The translations under genes were made by a program, and so were the position numbers. A model generated the notes under the pieces. The model was not told the DNA's origin, made no database searches, and worked only from the letters and a program-made list of their open reading frames with translations. 64,000 nucleotides of DNA from a virus (Duplodnaviria > Caudoviricetes), in IMG/VR virus record IMGVR_UViG_2854395284_000001, positions 27,345-91,344 of that record. One strand, 5' to 3'. Below, one piece after another: positions 8,778 through 20,470 of the stretch (its first letter is position 1; each line of letters opens with the position of its first letter).

Positions 8778-11608
8778 GCCTGCTGGATGTCTGTTAAATC
8801 AGACCATTTATTTGCTAACTCATCAAGAATTTGATAAGTAGACTTAAAAGTATCTTTGTCTTTCAGAATATCTACGCCACTAAGTGCAAGCATTTCTTTT
8901 CGAAGCTTGGCAGTAGAAGTTACCATTCCTTCAGTGTCAAGACCGGCTTCTTCAAGATCTGTTTCGGCGCTTCTTATGCGCATTGAGATCGTTTTTAGTG
9001 CTGTCCCGATTTTTTCCGGATTTTGAATTACACTATTCGCTGCACTGGCAAGCGCAACACCCTGTTCATACGTATTGCCAGCGGCTTTTAGAGATGATGC
9101 AGATCTTTCAATTGCTTCAAAAATACCTGCTGTATCAATAGGCTGCGTATTGGCTACCTCATTTGCCACATCTACGATATGTTGTGCTTGATCTGCTTTT
9201 AGTTGAAAACCTTTCAATGCACTAATTAGACCAGAAGAGGATGTTTCCTGGGTCATGTTATCTCCGACACGTTGCAGAAGAGTAGTCATGTCAGACAATT
9301 CTTTTGCGTCATCAAGAGAAGCTCCGAGACGTTTCCAATCCGCAGTACTGCTAATTACATCACTAACTGTAGCACCATATTTCTTGGCACTTTCAGCAGC
9401 CTTATCCCAGTACTGACTTAATTGGCTCTCCGATGCATCACTTGCAACTTTTGCTAATTCAATTTGAGCATCATTAATTTCCTTTACATTAGAAACAACC
9501 TTTGATGGAATTTCCATAACGACATTCTGCAACATGCCGTAAATTCCCGTAAATTGAGCAATTTGATTAATAGCACGTTTTGTATCTTGCCAAATGTTTG
9601 CTCCTGTTAATCCTTCAGCAGAAATTTTTGCCTTCAAATCTCTTGCTTTAGCATCAACCTCTAACTTTTGCCCTTCCGTTGTTACATTTTTATAAGCATC
9701 ACGAACTTCTTCAAGCTGCGCCTTATATTTCTTCCATGCCTTACTATTGTTATTGATATAAGATTGCATCTCATTTGACGCACGTAAAGCGACCCCAGGT
9801 GCTAGTGTTGCAGTTTCTTCAGCTTTGACCTGTTTTATCGCAGTTTTATATTTTTCTTCTTCTTCAGTCATCTTTTGAAGATTTTTACTAAGACGCTCAA
9901 CCTCTTCATCACTAAGATCAGAAACATTCGTATCTTTTAATGATTTTTGAAAATCTTCACGAATCTCTTTAAACTGCTTAAGACTTTCTCTTGCACGAGT
10001 CAGTGACTCAGAAGTTTGCCCCACATACTTAGAAAGAGTATTTTTATATCCAGCTTCTGTTGCGGAATATGTTCCAGTTTGTAATTCTTTCTGAACTTCT
10101 GCTAATTTTTTACGGGCATTAATTTCCTGTTCGATGTTAGAAATGATTTTAGAATTATCATAGTTGACCGCTTTTGTAATTCCGGAATCACTATTAGTAT
10201 AAGAATCTCGTAGAGTCTTTAATTTTTCTAATTGCGATTTGCTTGCAAAACCGTCGGAATTTTTTACAAGATTATCAATTTTATCAATAGTTCTCTGAAG
10301 TGTGGTACCATCTAGATTTTTTGAAAGTGAAGTTCCAAGCGTTTTCGCGGTAGTTTCAACTTCATTAAGCTTTGCATTCAAAATATCAGCATCCGAAGCA
10401 ATTTGTGTTAAATTTCCAGAAGATCCTTTTGCTAATTCTGCTTTTATACTAGCCTGTTTGTCATGTATGGTATTCACTATTTTTTCTAAAGATGATAAAA
10501 CGTCTGCAGAACCATCTTGTCCAGCGTACTGAGATTTAAGCTTTTCAACTTTTGCGTCAAATTGTTTCATTGAACTATCTGAGACAAGGTTTTTTGCTTG
10601 AGCTACTTTTTTATCAATGGCATTTTGAAGCTTTGCTGCATTTGAATCTCCAATGACGGTATCTTTTTTAGATGTTTTCTCCATAGTGCTATTGACTAGA
10701 GTCATAACATTTTTAAATTCTTTACCAGCAGAAGTACATTCATCAAATTTTGACTTAATTTGATCCATTGATGTGCCAGAAGAAACAAGGTTTGATAATT
10801 CTTTTTCCAAACCTGTTATAGTTGTATCAAGCGTTCTTGCTCTTTCAATTGCATCTGTAGATTGTCCAGCATAATTACTTAGTTGTTTCGAACGCTGTCC
10901 CTGACGAATAGCAGTATTGTCATCATTTCCATAAGCTTTGATTGTAGCATTTTTCTCATCGACATACGTGTTGTAGCCATTAGCTTTTCTACGAAAATGA
11001 TTAAAAGCTTTTTGCTCCAATTCATCATTGTAAAAACCTTGCTTTTTTGCATCTGCAATATATTTTCGGTTTGCAGACATTTCATTAACTAAATCAGAAA
11101 TCCGACCTTTAACATACTGTTTATCCTCTGTGGCTACTTTGCCTTTTGCTTCTTTTGTCTTTAATGAATAATATTCTGTTACGTCTTTATTTAACTGAGA
11201 ATATGCTTTTTGAAGATCAACGACGGTCTGCTTCTCAGATGTTAACTTACCATTCTTGTTATAAGATTGTTGTTTTCCATCAGCATACGTATACGAATGA
11301 GAAGTAGATGGACGTCCTTTTTTATCATATATTGTTGATTGTACATACTTATCTGCGTTTTTTGGAGTACTTTGTTCAGTAGCTGTTTTAGTTTTATTTC
11401 TTTTTCTAGACGTTTGAGTATGTTTCTTTTGTTCTTTTTCAATCTCATCAGACAGCTTCTTAACCTGTTTAGATGCTTCATCTGTTTTGATATTAATCTC
11501 TTTTGGTTCAGTAATTTTCTTCTCAAAATCATCGATTATTTTTTCGCTATTTTTATCCAGTGCAGCTTTTATAACAGCTTCGAGGTTAATTGTATGTTGT
11601 TTTGGCAT
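8778..11608 (-). CDS. Tape measure protein, exon 1
   Basis: Coiled-coil N-terminus and TP901-type core (KIGTALKTISMRIR, STYQILDELANKW); last 11 aa of the listed ORF are intron read-through. Confidence 0.92.
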
Positions 11609-11621
11609 TTTTTCACCACCT

Positions 11622-12107
11622 TTATAATTCTATATTATCAAGCACTTTATGTACTGAATTATCAATGATTTTATCTAATCTACCATTGACCAGTTCTTGC
11701 TCAACATAATCAAATGGTGGAGGAGTAGTATCTACAAGATGCCACTTACCATTACCATGTTCACCCTTTAAATACATCAAATCAAACACACCTTCGTTTG
11801 TTAGTTCTTGTCCCCAGAATCCGTGATAATTTGGAACGTTTTCTTCTGTATCTTCAAAAATTATAGATGAACCTTCAGCACTTATATTGCCAGTCATGTT
11901 TTCTAATCTACCCTCGCTAAAGTCTCCTTTGTGTGTTGCATAATATTGATTAATTGATTCATTAATAATTTTTCTATATTCTGGTTCTGCATCAGTTGCA
12001 ATTTGACGTGCCATTGTAGGAACAGATTGTAATACTTTTTTATTGTAATCTTTCAGTAGCTTTTGTAGTTCCTTTGTTATATTACCCATTTTTACCACCA
12101 CCTCCAT
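11622..12107 (-). CDS. Hypothetical tail-module protein
   Basis: Operon position upstream of TMP. Confidence 0.6.
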   Translation of the reverse strand: MEVVVKMGNITKELQKLLKDYNKKVLQSVPTMARQIATDAEPEYRKIINESINQYYATHKGDFSEGRLENMTGNISAEGSSIIFEDTEENVPNYHGFWGQELTNEGVFDLMYLKGEHGNGKWHLVDTTPPPFDYVEQELVNGRLDKIIDNSVHKVLDNIEL

Positions 12108-12174
12108 ATTGATAAATTAAAAAATCTCCTGGCATTTGACTGCCAGAAGATTTAATGTATTCTTGCTTTATTTA

Positions 12175-12777
12175 TTATTTTCCTGTCATTCTTTTCTGTA
12201 CATCCATTACGGTATCAACCATCACATCTCGAATTGCTTTTGCGTTAAGCATTTTACTTTCATTCATTTTTTTAAGAATATTCATAATCATTCCAATGCT
12301 TTCTGGATTTTCAAGAACAGGTTTTGCAGCAATCTGAACATTTCGTCCAATATTTGCTACAGCATTTGCCATTTCTGCAATTTCCGTATACATTTCATGT
12401 TTTTCATCCGTACAATGAATCATTTTTTGTAGTTTAAAATCTACAATCTTTTGTACACTTTCCATCACATGGTTTTTGGTATTGATATACGTAAAATTAA
12501 TATCATTTTTCTTATCTGATTTATCTACATTATAGAAAAATTTATTTACATGCGCATGAAGATTTTGGTCTTGCATAACACAATCATAGATTACATCGTC
12601 TTTTTCAAATTCAACACCGTCAATAAAATAAACAGCAATAGCAGTAATAAGTGCAGCTTCCTTATTCCACGGTGTATACTCACCGCCTTCAAACATATAA
12701 TCTACAATGAAGTCAATTGCTTTTTTCTCATCTGCAAGTGTAATAACCGGTTTAATTTTTACATATTTTGTAATCAT
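12175..12777 (-). CDS. Hypothetical protein, possible tail assembly chaperone
   Basis: RBS AAGGAG; position before TMP. Confidence 0.55.
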   Translation of the reverse strand: MITKYVKIKPVITLADEKKAIDFIVDYMFEGGEYTPWNKEAALITAIAVYFIDGVEFEKDDVIYDCVMQDQNLHAHVNKFFYNVDKSDKKNDINFTYINTKNHVMESVQKIVDFKLQKMIHCTDEKHEMYTEIAEMANAVANIGRNVQIAAKPVLENPESIGMIMNILKKMNESKMLNAKAIRDVMVDTVMDVQKRMTGK

Positions 12778-12791
12778 TTATTTTCTCCTTT

Positions 12792-12977
12792 TTATTCCTG
12801 ATAAACTCTAACTTCCCAATGATATCCGTCATCTGTATGAATACTATATTTATCAGAATAAGCATCATACTTCACCTGACAAATTTGAGAAGAATTATCT
12901 ACTATTTTGAAATACAAGTGTGATGGCAAACAATAATTTCTCTTTTTTAAAATATCATCTATTTCACTGGAATACAT
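12792..12977 (-). CDS. Small hypothetical phage protein
   Basis: Overlaps the upstream gene; operon context. Confidence 0.6.
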   Translation of the reverse strand: MYSSEIDDILKKRNYCLPSHLYFKIVDNSSQICQVKYDAYSDKYSIHTDDGYHWEVRVYQE

Positions 12978-13434
12978 TGTTTGCCTCTTGAGTTTCTTTT
13001 TTCTTACGTTTTCTTTCTGCCCGATTCTTTTTCACGATCTCGTATTCCTGCCATCCTCCGTCGATCTTGGAATAACAAATCCATTTATAGTTAACATCTG
13101 GATAGCAGTACCAGAATAGTTTTCTTTTAATCAGTGCAACACTGTCAGGGCATCCCTTAGTGTCAATAACTTCTTCATGTCCATCCTTATAGACAATAAA
13201 AAAATCAGCCACATATTTTATTGGCTGAACAGTTTTTCCGTCGTGTTTGAACTTTGGTTGTAGCTCATATGGCTTCTGTAATTCATAATCCACCACATCG
13301 CCACTCTCCACTAATGGGCAAAGCACATCACGATAATATTTCATTTCTAAAATTGAATCAAAAGTTATATTATTATAAGTACGTTTGCTTGTGTCCTTAT
13401 CTACGTTAAATTTAGATCTAGCGATTGTAATCAC
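12964..13434 (-). CDS. DUF1064-family PD-(D/E)XK nuclease-like protein
   Basis: FDSxxE, YELQP, IKYVADF, VIDTKG motifs. Confidence 0.8.
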   Translation of the reverse strand: MITIARSKFNVDKDTSKRTYNNITFDSILEMKYYRDVLCPLVESGDVVDYELQKPYELQPKFKHDGKTVQPIKYVADFFIVYKDGHEEVIDTKGCPDSVALIKRKLFWYCYPDVNYKWICYSKIDGGWQEYEIVKKNRAERKRKKKETQEANNVFQ

Positions 13435-13882
13435 TTCCTTTTAAATATTATAATTATTCTTTTATTTTAAGATTTACTTCATTGATACTATCTGTTACAA
13501 AATTTACAGCTTTTTCATATGACATATTCTTTTTCCCTAGAAATCTTCTCCGCTGTTAATTTACATATTACGGATACAAGCGTTAGTATATCTAAGGATT
13601 TTTCCAAATCCTAATGTTTTTGCTTTTTCTCCAAATTTTAAGCATATTATAAATCCAAATATATTGTTTCACCTCTCAAACAGACGGTGATTAATCTTTG
13701 ATTAACAACTTATCATAATCACTTTTCATGTCTTTATATATTGACTGCTTTGTTTTTTCGACAATCATACTTATAAATTTGTTGTATAATTTTTTTAACA
13801 TATAAAGACCTTCTTTCTCTTTTATTGACCGCGAATTTTATTGCGATAATTCGCGGTCATATTATTGAATGAAACTCATCTT

Positions 13883-14401
13883 TTATTTGATAACTCCGTC
13901 TTTGAGCTGTTTATGATAAACTTCTTTGATTACTTCCATACTCTCAGTAACAAGTCCATTTTCTAAATGATTTTCTTGAAGAATCATTTCATATTTTTCG
14001 TACATTCTAAAAATATGTTCAAAAGTTTCACGATTATATTTTCGACCACATGTTACAGCAGAAGAGAAGTCTAATATCTCCCAACGAATATCATCAATTT
14101 CCTTATCTACATACATCTTTGTCAGGTTTTCAATACATTCTTTCAGCTCTTTATTACTACGATGGAGTTCTTTCTCATCATTTTTTTGACTGATTTCCAA
14201 ATCTTGGATCTTCTGCTGAGTAAAAAGTAGTAACTCATGTTCTTCTTTTTTCTCACGCATAGCTTTAGTTTCTATTCCAAAGAATTCAAATAAAAACCAA
14301 TGTAATACTTGAATAATTGCCTGGAATCCTAGCAACGCTACAAAGATTGTTATTCCGAACGCCTTCCAGTCTATGCCAAAAAAATCACGTATAGGTTCCA
14401 C
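13883..14401 (-). CDS. Membrane-anchored coiled-coil protein next to holin
   Basis: N-terminal TM segment, coiled coil, ENG motif. Confidence 0.65.
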   Translation of the reverse strand: MEPIRDFFGIDWKAFGITIFVALLGFQAIIQVLHWFLFEFFGIETKAMREKKEEHELLLFTQQKIQDLEISQKNDEKELHRSNKELKECIENLTKMYVDKEIDDIRWEILDFSSAVTCGRKYNRETFEHIFRMYEKYEMILQENHLENGLVTESMEVIKEVYHKQLKDGVIK

Positions 14402-14417
14402 GTTACACCTACACTTT

Positions 14418-14678
14418 CTAAGCCTTTGGCTCTGTATAAGTCATAGCATTCTCTGAATCACCAGCACCTGCTGTCGTAGGATCAATTACAATACCTAAAA
14501 TTGCCAATACTACGAACACTGCATTAACAACGTTAACTAAATTGTCTCCAAACTCGCTCAAGTCAATTGTGAAACCAAATACTGCAGCAATAGTTTGAAT
14601 AAGTACGATTACCGCTGGAATTAATGAAATCCAGAACATTTTATTTTTTACTCTAACGAGCCAGTTAATATTTCTCAT
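14418..14678 (-). CDS. Holin, phiLC3 family
   Basis: INWLVRVKNKMFW, two TM helices, GIVIDPTTxGxGDS. Confidence 0.9.
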   Translation of the reverse strand: MRNINWLVRVKNKMFWISLIPAVIVLIQTIAAVFGFTIDLSEFGDNLVNVVNAVFVVLAILGIVIDPTTAGAGDSENAMTYTEPKA

Positions 14679-14750
14679 AATTTTGCCCTCCATAATTTTG
14701 ATATGATAGGAGAGTGATAATACACTTTTACGCCCATAACCATGAGCAAC

Positions 14751-15857
14751 CTATGTTAAGTTCCTCAATGTCATGACACAATTTTTTATTTGATTACATA
14801 TGTAATCTAATTCTTCTTTTGTTTCTGATCCGCACAAAGTTAAACGGATGCCATTATGAATATATTTTTCTTTCATTCCAATGGCAAGCAAGGTATCAGA
14901 TGATTTCAAACTTCCAGAATTACAAGCAGATCCAGTAGATACAATTACACCATACTCATGAAGTAAGGTCATTAATGCTTCACCAGATACTCCTTCAAAA
15001 CACAAGAATAAATTATATGGCAATCTATTATTATACGAGCCAACAACAAAAAAATTTGGAACTAATCCTGATAATGTTTTCACGAGATAATCACGTTTTT
15101 CTGGTGTACATTGATCATAATTATAATGCTGTACAACGTATCCTAGAGTTAAGATGCCAAGTGTGTTCTCTGTCCCACCAAAAAGCCCATATTCTTGTGA
15201 ACCATATATAATAGGAGACAATTGAATATTATCCTTTTTATATAAAACTCCACACCCTTTTAAAGATCCTAATTTATGCGCAGAAAATCCTGCAATATCA
15301 ATATCCAATTTCTTGACATCTAGTGGAATTTGACTGATCGATCCAGTGCAATCAACATAAATTCTCCCGTTATAAAAATGGATCAAATCAGTGAGCTTTT
15401 TTACATCTTGTATTGTACCGATTTCACTATTAGCATAATCCATAACCACAAAACTTCTTTTATGATATATAGAAAGAAGAGAATTCAAATCATCAAAATC
15501 AATTTCGCCCTGTCCATTGACTTTTAATGGAATAGCATTTCTAACTGTTTTTACATAATTTAAAATTGATTTATGCGCAATAGGAGAGTACAGAATGACA
15601 CAGTCATTTTGGTCTTTATATCCTTTGACTGCTAACGTATTAGACGCCGATCCTCCAGAAGTAAACAAAATATTACTTTCATCTGCATGAATAAAATCAG
15701 CAATATTTTTTCTTGCTTCGTTAATCTTGTTTCGAATATTTCTTCCTTCCTGATAAGCACTGGATGGATTATAATAATCGTCTAAAATAGATATAATATA
15801 ATCTTTTGTCTCTTGATTTAATGGAGTAGTGGCAGCATTATCTAAATAAATTTTCAT
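14751..15857 (-). CDS. iscS: Cysteine desulfurase (IscS/NifS family)
   Basis: IYLDNAATTP, FTSGGS, SAHK (PLP lysine), STGSAC (catalytic Cys). Confidence 0.9.
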   Translation of the reverse strand: MKIYLDNAATTPLNQETKDYIISILDDYYNPSSAYQEGRNIRNKINEARKNIADFIHADESNILFTSGGSASNTLAVKGYKDQNDCVILYSPIAHKSILNYVKTVRNAIPLKVNGQGEIDFDDLNSLLSIYHKRSFVVMDYANSEIGTIQDVKKLTDLIHFYNGRIYVDCTGSISQIPLDVKKLDIDIAGFSAHKLGSLKGCGVLYKKDNIQLSPIIYGSQEYGLFGGTENTLGILTLGYVVQHYNYDQCTPEKRDYLVKTLSGLVPNFFVVGSYNNRLPYNLFLCFEGVSGEALMTLLHEYGVIVSTGSACNSGSLKSSDTLLAIGMKEKYIHNGIRLTLCGSETKEELDYICNQIKNCVMTLRNLT

Positions 15858-15868
15858 AATCACACCTG

Positions 15869-16054
15869 CTAATCATAATATTCATTGTTGATGTAAAAAT
15901 TTTTCAATGCTTCAAATAATTCCGGTGTCTTTTTATATTTCCAAACAGTTTTTCCGGTATCATCGACCTTTACGAATTCATAACGAATACCGTATTCTTT
16001 TAGATATTTATACTCGTCAACAAAAGAAGTCGCGTATTCTTTATCAAACTTCAT
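15869..16054 (-). CDS. Small conserved phage protein
   Basis: MKFDKEYAT...VWKYKKTPELF after AGGAAT/AAAGGA RBS. Confidence 0.65.
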   Translation of the reverse strand: MKFDKEYATSFVDEYKYLKEYGIRYEFVKVDDTGKTVWKYKKTPELFEALKNFYINNEYYD

Positions 16055-16141
16055 TTTTCCTTTTATTCCTTCCTGACATATAAGCGTAAAAAATAGGGGT
16101 GCATATAATTGATATATACGTACCCCTATAATTCTCATATA

Positions 16142-16495
16142 TCAATCAACACTATTTTTATTCACTTTAGATTTTGGAACAATCTTTACAGCTTGTTCTC
16201 TTTTTTTAGTCGCAGTAACTTTTTTGTCATTCTTATTATCAATAATTTCTGATACAAGTCTTTGGATATTTTCCTTGTATGCAGAAACTTTTGATAAATC
16301 ACATAATGATAGGTCGGTAACTGCTGTTTCTTTACTTATTGCACCTTGAGCGTAATCGCTTACAGTTTCAAAAACATTTTTGCAATTTTCTGTATCAAAC
16401 AGATTCATCCACATCGGGAGATTCTTGCTCGTAGGACAATATCCGCAATACTCATAAGCCTTACCACAAGTAAGGCATACTCTGTTATTTGCCAT
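16142..16495 (-). CDS. Cys-rich hypothetical protein after tail tube gene
   Basis: CLTCGKAYEYCGYC; RBS AAGGGAG. Confidence 0.7.
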   Translation of the reverse strand: MANNRVCLTCGKAYEYCGYCPTSKNLPMWMNLFDTENCKNVFETVSDYAQGAISKETAVTDLSLCDLSKVSAYKENIQRLVSEIIDNKNDKKVTATKKREQAVKIVPKSKVNKNSVD

Positions 16496-16518
16496 TTATT
16501 TCTCCCTTCTGATTAGAA

Positions 16519-17313
16519 TCAGTCTTCGTCAACCTCATCAGCATCGTAAACGCTATACAGAATCTTGTCATCTCCACAATATTCGATCTCTAGATCGCCT
16601 TTGAAATCCATGGTTGCAGTGTCAGCACTAATTGGAACAGTGGTTTCCGGAGATACCTGGAATGATGGCATTACAATGTAATCTGCTTTTAGATCATTTT
16701 TCTTACATGGATTGTAGTATGTAGCTTTCATAATTGCGTATACAGATGTTGGGAATTTATCTGCTCTGTTGTGGATTACAGCACCTGTCTCTACTTCACG
16801 GTCATAGCGAATAAAGAACATTTCTGCATCTTCATCTAATGGAAGAGTTAGTACAGCACCTTCTTTCGCAATAGAAAATTTATCTGTAGCGGCAGTCGTA
16901 TCCATAGTATATGTTTTTCCAATAGAACCATCACCAAAATACTGAGCTACTTTTACAGAACCTTCTACATATCCGGTAATCGTAACGGTTTTAACACCAT
17001 TTTTAACATGCATCAGTCTTGGCATTTTAACTTTACCACTTTTAGATGCAAAGATTGGCTGAGATCCAGAAGATGCAGCAACGATATTGGTGTTAACAAA
17101 AGCATTTGTTGCAGAAAAAGTACCTGCTTTAGACTTCCAAATCTTCTTTACAAGATTGCCATTTTTATCGGTAACATCTGTAGATTCAGCAGTGATTTCA
17201 ATATTTGCATCACTTAATTGGGTGAGTACATATTGTGGAATACCAGTACCTTTATCTTCTGCGTAAAAGTATAGAATCTCTTTATAGATTTTGTCACCTA
17301 ATTTAAAACTCAT
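16519..17313 (-). CDS. Probable major tail (tube) protein
   Basis: True start MSFKLG after AAGGAGG; beta-rich; position in the tail module. Confidence 0.65.
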   Translation of the reverse strand: MSFKLGDKIYKEILYFYAEDKGTGIPQYVLTQLSDANIEITAESTDVTDKNGNLVKKIWKSKAGTFSATNAFVNTNIVAASSGSQPIFASKSGKVKMPRLMHVKNGVKTVTITGYVEGSVKVAQYFGDGSIGKTYTMDTTAATDKFSIAKEGAVLTLPLDEDAEMFFIRYDREVETGAVIHNRADKFPTSVYAIMKATYYNPCKKNDLKADYIVMPSFQVSPETTVPISADTATMDFKGDLEIEYCGDDKILYSVYDADEVDED

Positions 17314-17347
17314 TTGTTTTTCCTCCTTAAATTTTTGTATAAAAAAA

Positions 17348-18181
17348 TCATGCAGATCCTTTAAGATCTCGCATGAAATTAAATTCATTTTTTGGAATTT
17401 TTGATGTATCAACAAATCCAGAATAACTGCCATTAATGACAGCATGTGTTGATTCATAAATTTGAAGTCTTTGTACACTATCATAGAATTCCACAATTCC
17501 AACATTGCGCAGTTCATTCTTTTTATATTTCGATCCAGGGTGATTCAGATAGAAAGAAATCATGGATAATAGATTTGGTGGTTTTAAAGAATTGTCTCTT
17601 TTCATCGCCAGCAAATTCTGTTTGTCTCTATTAATAAGATCTCTTTTAAGAGTCTTACTAGAAGTAAATTCCTCTTCTGGCGGAAATGCATGAAACATAT
17701 ATTGAATATATTTACACATTTTAATTCGTGTTGGTTCGTCAATCTTTATATCTTGAATAGGATTATATAAAATAACACTTTCTTTTCCATCTTTTTCTTC
17801 GGTAAAGAAAGAAAAACCATGAAAATCAATATCACCAAACATCAGTTTTGAATATTCCAAATCAATACTTTTGATCAAAATGGAAAACAATTGCTGATTT
17901 GTGATATCATTCCAGTCAATTCCATTGTTCCAAAGTTGTAAACGACATTTTGTTGTATTTGAAATAAATGGATAAATAACAGATTGTATATTTTCTTCTC
18001 CGTATGTTATATAGTCTTGAATTGATGGCTGATGAATTGTGATTTTATCATTCACTACATAATCATCTCCAAAATATAGTTGAAGAGGATTAAAATCTAA
18101 ATATTCTTCTTCATTGTTTTCTTCATTTGCTATCTGTGCTTCAATTGCACTTTGTACAAGATCATTATTCGCAAACCCCAT
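17348..18181 (-). CDS. Hypothetical structural/assembly protein
   Basis: Operon position. Confidence 0.6.
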   Translation of the reverse strand: MGFANNDLVQSAIEAQIANEENNEEEYLDFNPLQLYFGDDYVVNDKITIHQPSIQDYITYGEENIQSVIYPFISNTTKCRLQLWNNGIDWNDITNQQLFSILIKSIDLEYSKLMFGDIDFHGFSFFTEEKDGKESVILYNPIQDIKIDEPTRIKMCKYIQYMFHAFPPEEEFTSSKTLKRDLINRDKQNLLAMKRDNSLKPPNLLSMISFYLNHPGSKYKKNELRNVGIVEFYDSVQRLQIYESTHAVINGSYSGFVDTSKIPKNEFNFMRDLKGSA

Positions 18182-18184
18182 AAT

Positions 18185-18826
18185 TTACCACCTTTTATTA
18201 CTATAGAAGGATTTACCATTCTCTGTTTTTGTAATATTGTTTGATGTAATAATTTGATATTGCAAAGTACGCACAAGATAATTATTATCCATCGTTGATT
18301 CTTTATCCAAAGATGGAATCGGATTTTCAACCTCAGTTCCAATCCATGCAAATCTATCTCGCAATATTGCAGCAATTAGATCATGTCTTGGTAAACCAGT
18401 AAGATCATCTATGACATCTTTTTCATGGATAAATATTGTAAAAGTAAGAAGAAGTGTTTTTACAGAATTATTATATCTTGCTAAGTCGCTAAAACTTGTT
18501 TGATAACATACATAATTCCTAGAATCTGTTTCTGTTTCTGGGAAAAATATGTATGGACGGATATGGGCATTTTCACCAAAATAACGATCCCACTCACCTA
18601 ATGGTTCGCCATCTTCATCAACGTTCAAATTTCCATCATCGTCAAATAATTCGGATTCCAACTCTGCATCATGAATTGCATACAGTAATTCTGGACAGTG
18701 TAATAATATTTGATATACTTGATTTTTAATACGAATATTATCATCATCTGGATTATGTGTATACGCGCGTAATTTATTAAGCATATCATCTTTTGTATGA
18801 AAGGAGTATTCATTTATTTTATTCAT
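18185..18826 (-). CDS. Putative tail terminator/head-tail joining protein
   Basis: Position; RHDLIAAIL motif. Confidence 0.5.
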   Translation of the reverse strand: MNKINEYSFHTKDDMLNKLRAYTHNPDDDNIRIKNQVYQILLHCPELLYAIHDAELESELFDDDGNLNVDEDGEPLGEWDRYFGENAHIRPYIFFPETETDSRNYVCYQTSFSDLARYNNSVKTLLLTFTIFIHEKDVIDDLTGLPRHDLIAAILRDRFAWIGTEVENPIPSLDKESTMDNNYLVRTLQYQIITSNNITKTENGKSFYSNKRW

Positions 18827-18837
18827 TCATATACCCC

Positions 18838-20085
18838 CTATACAGTAATTTCAAAATTTTCAGCAACTCGAATAATGTTATTATTTAAAGAAACATCACA
18901 TGATATTAATAATAATTTCCCTAAATAATTTCGATCGTTGATAAATTTCATTTTAATTTGATTATATTTACAACCAGATTTTGACCACGATACATAATCA
19001 GATAATTCATTATTTTCTACGGAGCATTTCCAAGTAAATTCTCCTCCTTTATATTGATCAGATATGTCATTGTGATCCTCGTCTAGTATTTTTATAGTAA
19101 ACAGTTTGTAACTGCCACCAACTTTTACATTGGTGGAAGATGCTATAATTGTTTTATTTATACCGGCAATTTCTCCAGGCGTTGATGGTTCGACAGGGAT
19201 AACAGACGAATCATAATAATCAGCATACATACCAATAATCTTGCCGTTTTCGTCACGTTCAATATAATCTCTATGTTCATCCCAAAAATCTTGATAAATT
19301 GTAAGCTTTTGGATTCCGACAGGTTTTGTGTTTTCTATTTTTGTTACAGACCATACCAAAGGATGTTCTGTTGGCGCGCTAATAATAAGACGCATTGTTT
19401 TGTTAACATCATCGTTATACCAAAACTTTTCAGTAATTTGATTTAATGGGAACCAGATTTTATCCTGGTTGTCTGGGTGGGCAAAGTAGTGATCTCTGTA
19501 TTTTCCAGTTGTGTACGAATTTTGATTTCTAAGAACTCCCCACATTTTTCGTTTGATTCTGTTCTGACCAGTTTTTTCAATCCATGTCAAATTATAATCA
19601 CATGGAAGAATTAAATACTTCCGAAATTGGTTTGCAATTTCTCTTCCAACAATTAACCATTTATGATAAATTTTATTATCATCTGGGATATCGACGAATA
19701 ACCCAATCGGAAAATCGGCTAGATACCGTTCGTGATAATCTGTTTCATAATAATACAAATCATCATTCTCGGAAAAAGAATATTTTTGAGACGGACGAAA
19801 TTGTAGATAATAAGGAACCTGATCCTTATCTATAGACTGATAAGAATTAATAATAAACTTTGCATCAATTGGAGTTTTGGTTGTATTGTCATAAGTCATA
19901 TTCTGATTTTTATCTGGCTGATCATCATGGTAAAAATCATATATATAACACTTTTTTGCCTGGATGTCATGATCAAATGTTTGTTCCATAAGAAAATCTG
20001 AGTTTTCTTTTGTTATTTCACCAATTGTTTTTGCATCATTTAATCGTATGCTTGATATACGTCTAGCTGTTGATAGGTTTGGCAT
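18838..20085 (-). CDS. Putative head closure protein
   Basis: Position after adaptor genes; beta-rich; ILPCDY motif. Confidence 0.5.
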   Translation of the reverse strand: MPNLSTARRISSIRLNDAKTIGEITKENSDFLMEQTFDHDIQAKKCYIYDFYHDDQPDKNQNMTYDNTTKTPIDAKFIINSYQSIDKDQVPYYLQFRPSQKYSFSENDDLYYYETDYHERYLADFPIGLFVDIPDDNKIYHKWLIVGREIANQFRKYLILPCDYNLTWIEKTGQNRIKRKMWGVLRNQNSYTTGKYRDHYFAHPDNQDKIWFPLNQITEKFWYNDDVNKTMRLIISAPTEHPLVWSVTKIENTKPVGIQKLTIYQDFWDEHRDYIERDENGKIIGMYADYYDSSVIPVEPSTPGEIAGINKTIIASSTNVKVGGSYKLFTIKILDEDHNDISDQYKGGEFTWKCSVENNELSDYVSWSKSGCKYNQIKMKFINDRNYLGKLLLISCDVSLNNNIIRVAENFEITV

Positions 20086-20470
20086 GACTATTTACCTCCT
20101 CTAACATAGCTTTAATATATCCATGAGAATCTAGAATAGCTTTTCTAAATATTCTATAACTATATTTTGGACTATCTATTAGATCGTATGCCGCCTGTAA
20201 TGTCGAAATTAAAAGCAGCATATCATTTGGATAACCTAATAATGTATTAAGTCCACCGAATTTAAATAGAATATCTTCAAAGTATTTTTTAAAATCATCA
20301 TCTGAATTAAAAATTCTGTCTGTCACTAGCTTATCTTTATATAAAAGTAATCTATGAATATTTTTGTGCATTAAACATGCTGCGTTTTTTATTTGCTCGT
20401 CAGAAAAAGTTCCATATAAATAATCCATATTATATACCATTATTAATATAAGAGTTATAAAGATAACCAT
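20063..20470 (-). CDS. Hypothetical head-tail region protein
   Basis: Operon position; likely starts at MDYLYG. Confidence 0.6.
   Translation of the reverse strand: MVIFITLILIMVYNMDYLYGTFSDEQIKNAACLMHKNIHRLLLYKDKLVTDRIFNSDDDFKKYFEDILFKFGGLNTLLGYPNDMLLLISTLQAAYDLIDSPKYSYRIFRKAILDSHGYIKAMLEEVNSHAKPINS

Noticed and set aside
7447-11608. Tape measure and terminase as decayed pseudogenes or frameshift errors
   Set aside because: Interruptions have ribozyme cores, terminal G and guide pairings, and removal restores exact frames
13454-13800. Small ORFs between the DUF1064 gene and 13883
   Set aside because: Short and broken by apparent frameshifts in A-runs; no supportable call
17314-17517. N-terminal extension of ORF 16519..17517
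   Set aside because: Overlaps the upstream gene; strong RBS marks 17313 as the start
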